Notes under the pieces: generated by a model
Databases searched by the model: none
The model's input: the letters and a program-made list of their open reading frames with translations, nothing else
What the model was told of the DNA's origin: nothing
Part shown: positions 58,189-61,393 of the stretch, piece by piece
How the letters are laid out: each line of letters opens with the position of its first letter
Position numbering within the stretch: the stretch's first letter is position 1
Source of the DNA: a virus
Taxonomy: Duplodnaviria; Caudoviricetes
Virus record (IMG/VR): IMGVR_UViG_3300044846_002156
Coordinates: 1 to 61,393 of that record
Strand: one strand, 5' to 3'
Length of the DNA: 61,393 bases
Program-made: the position numbers and the translations under genes

Positions 58189-58701
58189 ATGGCAGTATTT
58201 GCAGCATCATTTACAGTTAATCAAAGTGCTGATTGCACTATGCTTACATTAACAGATACATCTAACTACACAAGTAACGATAGTGGAGTAACATTATCTT
58301 CATTTGAAAGTAGACAGTTTATCATATCAAACTCTGTTGGAGGGGTTATAAGCACTATTCCTTTAGCTACTGGAATACTTGTGGCTACTTATGCTATTAC
58401 TAAAGATGCTTGGCTAAGTGTTGAGCTTAGATTAACAGATGATACAGGACCAGACTTTACTAAAACAAACAGCGTATTATCAACTTGCTTTTTAGAGGTT
58501 TGCTACTCTGAATTGGTAGCTAAGACAGATTGCGATTGTCAGTCTAGTGGATGTGGCTGTGGTTCTGTTGAGAACGACAAGGTTAAGTTATTAGAGTATA
58601 TTAAGGCTGCTGAAATATTTTCTGAATATTCTAATCCTATTTTAGCACAAAAACAATTAGATGCTGGTACAGTAGTATGTGAAGCTAATAATGATAAATA
58701 A
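58189..58701 (+). CDS. Tail fibre hub/attachment protein
   Basis: L.LTD.S.Y, D.W..V, Cys cluster CDC...CGC; first gene of fibre operon. Confidence 0.55.
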   Translation: MAVFAASFTVNQSADCTMLTLTDTSNYTSNDSGVTLSSFESRQFIISNSVGGVISTIPLATGILVATYAITKDAWLSVELRLTDDTGPDFTKTNSVLSTCFLEVCYSELVAKTDCDCQSSGCGCGSVENDKVKLLEYIKAAEIFSEYSNPILAQKQLDAGTVVCEANNDK

Positions 58702-58994
58702 TGCCTACAAGAGTTCAGATAGAGAATAACTTAGAAAATGCAAAAAGATATTTTGCAAATAAAATGGATAAGCTTGTGGATAAAGGCTTAGAGCTAAATC
58801 CAGAAGAAATATCATTTGAAAATGCAGTAAATAACCTTTTCTATATAATAGAGGCGAATGAGTTTATGTTGAAAAATAATATAGACACAGACAATGAAAC
58901 ATTTTTAAGTGTATATAAAAAGATGATGTACATTATAGGTGTTTACGCTAATAATTTAACAAAGGATAATTCATTAATAATAATAGGAGCATAA
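58701..58994 (+). CDS. Stand-alone paralog of fibre N-terminal domain
   Basis: A..YFAN.MD..V and V.NLF...EA shared with the next ORF. Confidence 0.6.
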   Translation: MPTRVQIENNLENAKRYFANKMDKLVDKGLELNPEEISFENAVNNLFYIIEANEFMLKNNIDTDNETFLSVYKKMMYIIGVYANNLTKDNSLIIIGA

Positions 58995-60301
58995 TGCCTA
59001 GTAACATAGATTTAATCTCAAAGATACAGCAAGCAAATTTGTATTTTGCTAACTTAATGGATGAGTATGTAGATTCGTTTACATTCTCCATTGAGAGAGA
59101 TAAAAATCTAAAGTGCAAGGTAGATAATTTATTTCACTTATTAGAGGCTATACAATATCAAATTGCTAAAGGGTTATATTACGATGATGAAGTAACTAGA
59201 CTACTTTACGATAAGATAGACTGTATAACTCCAATTTATAACTCTGTAATAGTTATTGATACAACCTTAATACAGCCATTTATATCTAATATGTCTGTTA
59301 TTTATGGACCTCCAGGACCTGCAGGACCACAAGGTGAGCAAGGGTTAAAGGGAGATAAAGGAGATAAAGGAGATAAGGGTGATACTGGAGCAGGTGTTGT
59401 AAGCGGAGGAACTACTGGACAAGCATTAGTAAAAAAATCTAACACAGATTACGATACAGAGTGGGTAGATGTACCACCGCCAGACTGGGGTAATATAGGT
59501 GGTATTATAACAAACCAAACAGACTTAATAGCTTTACTAGATGGTAAGCAAGATGATATAACGCTAACCACTATTGGAACAAGCGGAGCTGCCACTTTTA
59601 ACTCCCTTACAAGCACGTTAAATATACCACAATACCAAGGTGGCGTAACAAGTTTTAACACCCGTACAGGAGCTATAACGCTTACTAGCGGAGATGTTAC
59701 AACTGCATTAGGATATATACCAGTAACGCAAGCTAGAACCATTACTATTAATGGAGTTACTTATGATTTAAGTCAGAATAGAGAATGGACTATAAGTGGA
59801 GCAACTAGTGCAAGAACAATAGAAACGTTTACCGCTACGGCAGGACAAACGGTATTTACTACTGGAGGATATACTGTTGGAGGAATAGATGTTTACTTAA
59901 ATGGAGCTAAATTACAAAATACAGAATACACAGCTAGTAATGGCACTACGGTTGTATTTCCTAGTGGGTTAGTTGTTGGAGATATAGTAGAAGTAGTTAT
60001 TTGGAATATAAGTAGTGTAGTTATTACTTTTAGTGTAAACACAAGTGGTTTTGGAGAAGATATAAGCTATAATAGTATAACAAATACTTTAACTATTGAT
60101 AAGTATAATTGGATGGATTTAGCTAGAGGTTACACAGTAATACCTACTTTGCTCACCTCAACAGCAACATACGATGTTTATACTTACACATATAGTAGTA
60201 TAACATTATATAGAAAAATAATGAATGATAATAGTGAAGATGCCTTTTATAGTGAAAGCGCATTAACTAATAAACTTTGTGAAAAGAAAATAATATTATA
60301 A
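58994..60301 (+). CDS. Tail fibre with collagen-like repeat
   Basis: (GXY)9, GGTTGQ.L.K.S..DYD..W, VTSFN.RTGAI.L, FTATAGQT.F, VYLNG. Confidence 0.8.
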   Translation: MPSNIDLISKIQQANLYFANLMDEYVDSFTFSIERDKNLKCKVDNLFHLLEAIQYQIAKGLYYDDEVTRLLYDKIDCITPIYNSVIVIDTTLIQPFISNMSVIYGPPGPAGPQGEQGLKGDKGDKGDKGDTGAGVVSGGTTGQALVKKSNTDYDTEWVDVPPPDWGNIGGIITNQTDLIALLDGKQDDITLTTIGTSGAATFNSLTSTLNIPQYQGGVTSFNTRTGAITLTSGDVTTALGYIPVTQARTITINGVTYDLSQNREWTISGATSARTIETFTATAGQTVFTTGGYTVGGIDVYLNGAKLQNTEYTASNGTTVVFPSGLVVGDIVEVVIWNISSVVITFSVNTSGFGEDISYNSITNTLTIDKYNWMDLARGYTVIPTLLTSTATYDVYTYTYSSITLYRKIMNDNSEDAFYSESALTNKLCEKKIIL

Positions 60302-60320
60302 ATAATTAAAAAATAAAATT

Positions 60321-60872
60321 ATGCCAGTAAATAATTGGACAGCAGGAACAACAACAGGAACGGTAATGGCTACTGAATTTAATAAGGTAGCAACAGCCTT
60401 AAACACTATTGGGCAGTACTCACATAACGCAACGGTAGCTTTAACAACCACACCGAGTGCGCTTGCGGTAAGCACAAACGACTTGCAAGCAGGTAATATT
60501 TCACATAGCACATCAACCAACACAAGTAGGTTTACTGCTTCGGCAGAGGGCGATTATGTGTTTATTGTACAACCACAAATTTCACACTTAACAACTGGTA
60601 CTGGTAACTGTACTTTTTGGCTAAGAAAGAATGGAACTACACCTGTATCAAATAGCGGTGCAATCTTCCAAATGGGTGCAGTTGTAGGTTCGGATGTATT
60701 AGTTATTACTTCTGTTATTCCTTTAGTAGCAAATGATTACATTGAAGTTATGGCGGTTGCAAGTGCAAATAGTGAGCATCAAATTACTTTTACAGCAACA
60801 AGTGGATCGGGTGCAACAGCAGTACCAAATATTCCATCAATGATTGTAACAGTTACTCAATTACCTTTATAA
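60321..60872 (+). CDS. C1q/TNF-like (BclA C-terminal-like) fibre tip protein
   Basis: RFT...G.Y, FWLRKNG, L.ANDYIEV. Confidence 0.65.
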   Translation: MPVNNWTAGTTTGTVMATEFNKVATALNTIGQYSHNATVALTTTPSALAVSTNDLQAGNISHSTSTNTSRFTASAEGDYVFIVQPQISHLTTGTGNCTFWLRKNGTTPVSNSGAIFQMGAVVGSDVLVITSVIPLVANDYIEVMAVASANSEHQITFTATSGSGATAVPNIPSMIVTVTQLPL

Positions 60873-60884
60873 AAAAAATAAGAT

Positions 60885-61393
60885 ATGGCATTCGCATTTT
60901 CATACGTCGGTACTGAATACCGTTTAGACCAAACTGGTACTGATGCCAACTTAACAAGTCTTGCTACGGCTGTAAATGCGGTTGCTACCGTAGCACGTTT
61001 GACGTCTTATACAGTAGGTACAATAATAAAACCACCTACTAAAAATGGTATGTGGTATAGATGTTCGGTTGCAGGTACAACAGCAGCTACAGCACCTACT
61101 TATAACCTTACAGCAGGAACTACAACTACAGATGGTACTGCTCAATTTTTTGCTTTTATTCAGCCTGAAATTTATGTTGAAGGTGTTTGTACGGTTTATG
61201 AAATAACAAACTTTAACCTACGTGTAAATGGAACGCTGACTATTGACCCAAGAATTAATGCTTTTTTTGGAATAAACAACATTACTACTTTAAGTGGTGG
61301 TACTTTAAATTGTGGTGTACAGTTTAATTCTACTTTTGGTGGTGGTTTACTTTATTCACAAGGTACTGCAATCCAATTTATAGGAAACTATAC
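60885..61393 (+). CDS. N-terminal part of a ~988 aa tail fibre/receptor-binding-like protein that wraps across the contig ends
   Basis: ATG at 60885 is open to the end and in frame with ORF 168..2585 after circularisation (adds 183 aa); CBM-like motif SYTVGTIIKP..NGMWYRC..AGTT. Confidence 0.85.
   Translation, partial: MAFAFSYVGTEYRLDQTGTDANLTSLATAVNAVATVARLTSYTVGTIIKPPTKNGMWYRCSVAGTTAATAPTYNLTAGTTTTDGTAQFFAFIQPEIYVEGVCTVYEITNFNLRVNGTLTIDPRINAFFGINNITTLSGGTLNCGVQFNSTFGGGLLYSQGTAIQFIGNY
61267..61393. repeat. Terminal direct repeat (copy 2)
   Basis: Identical to 1..127. Confidence 0.95.

Noticed and set aside
790-61145. Numerous 60-146 aa ORFs antisense to long genes (e.g. 3382, 14609, 51668, 55912) and ORFs 18299, 24750, 24900, 29018
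   Set aside because: Shadow frames of real genes or of non-coding DNA, without start context or motifs
1-61393. Stop-codon reassignment
   Set aside because: Genes are full length and densely packed in the standard code; the tRNA has a sense anticodon
1-61393. Prophage or temperate lifestyle
   Set aside because: No integrase, CI-like repressor, partition genes or host flanks recognised

Overview
The window is a complete, circularly permuted genome (61,266 bp unique; the first and last 127 nt are identical) of an AT-rich, apparently lytic, podovirus-type phage. The host is probably a member of Bacteroidota (TAnnTTTG promoters, SD-less A-rich start sites). No integrase, DNA polymerase or RNA polymerase is recognisable. 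Plus strand 30-61 kb, wrapping to 8 kb: two GroES-like genes, terminase, portal, scaffold, major capsid, three tail ring/adaptor proteins, nozzle, ejected proteins with an embedded ferritin, tail fibres and lysis candidates. Plus strand 8-17 kb: T7 endonuclease I, T5 A1-like nuclease, DUF5664-like enzyme, a YadA-type trimeric autotransporter, DnaB-like helicase, YqaJ, ERF and a DnaA C-terminal-like protein. Minus strand 18-30 kb: many small early genes, a VirE-N primase-like gene, two peptidoglycan hydrolases, tRNA-Gln and a tRNA-shaped RNA. The most notable observations are: (i) a candidate injected payload locus (ART-like and SAM-lyase-like domains, ferritin, LPD38); (ii) a full trimeric autotransporter adhesin in a lytic phage; (iii) two sequence-unrelated but architecturally matching promoter-attenuator-structured RNA elements; (iv) three promoter classes, including a late-gene AAAA-N18-TAnnTTTG class; (v) a tRNA-like RNA with an extra D-loop hairpin. 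All family calls are by-eye motif recognition; no database search was run.
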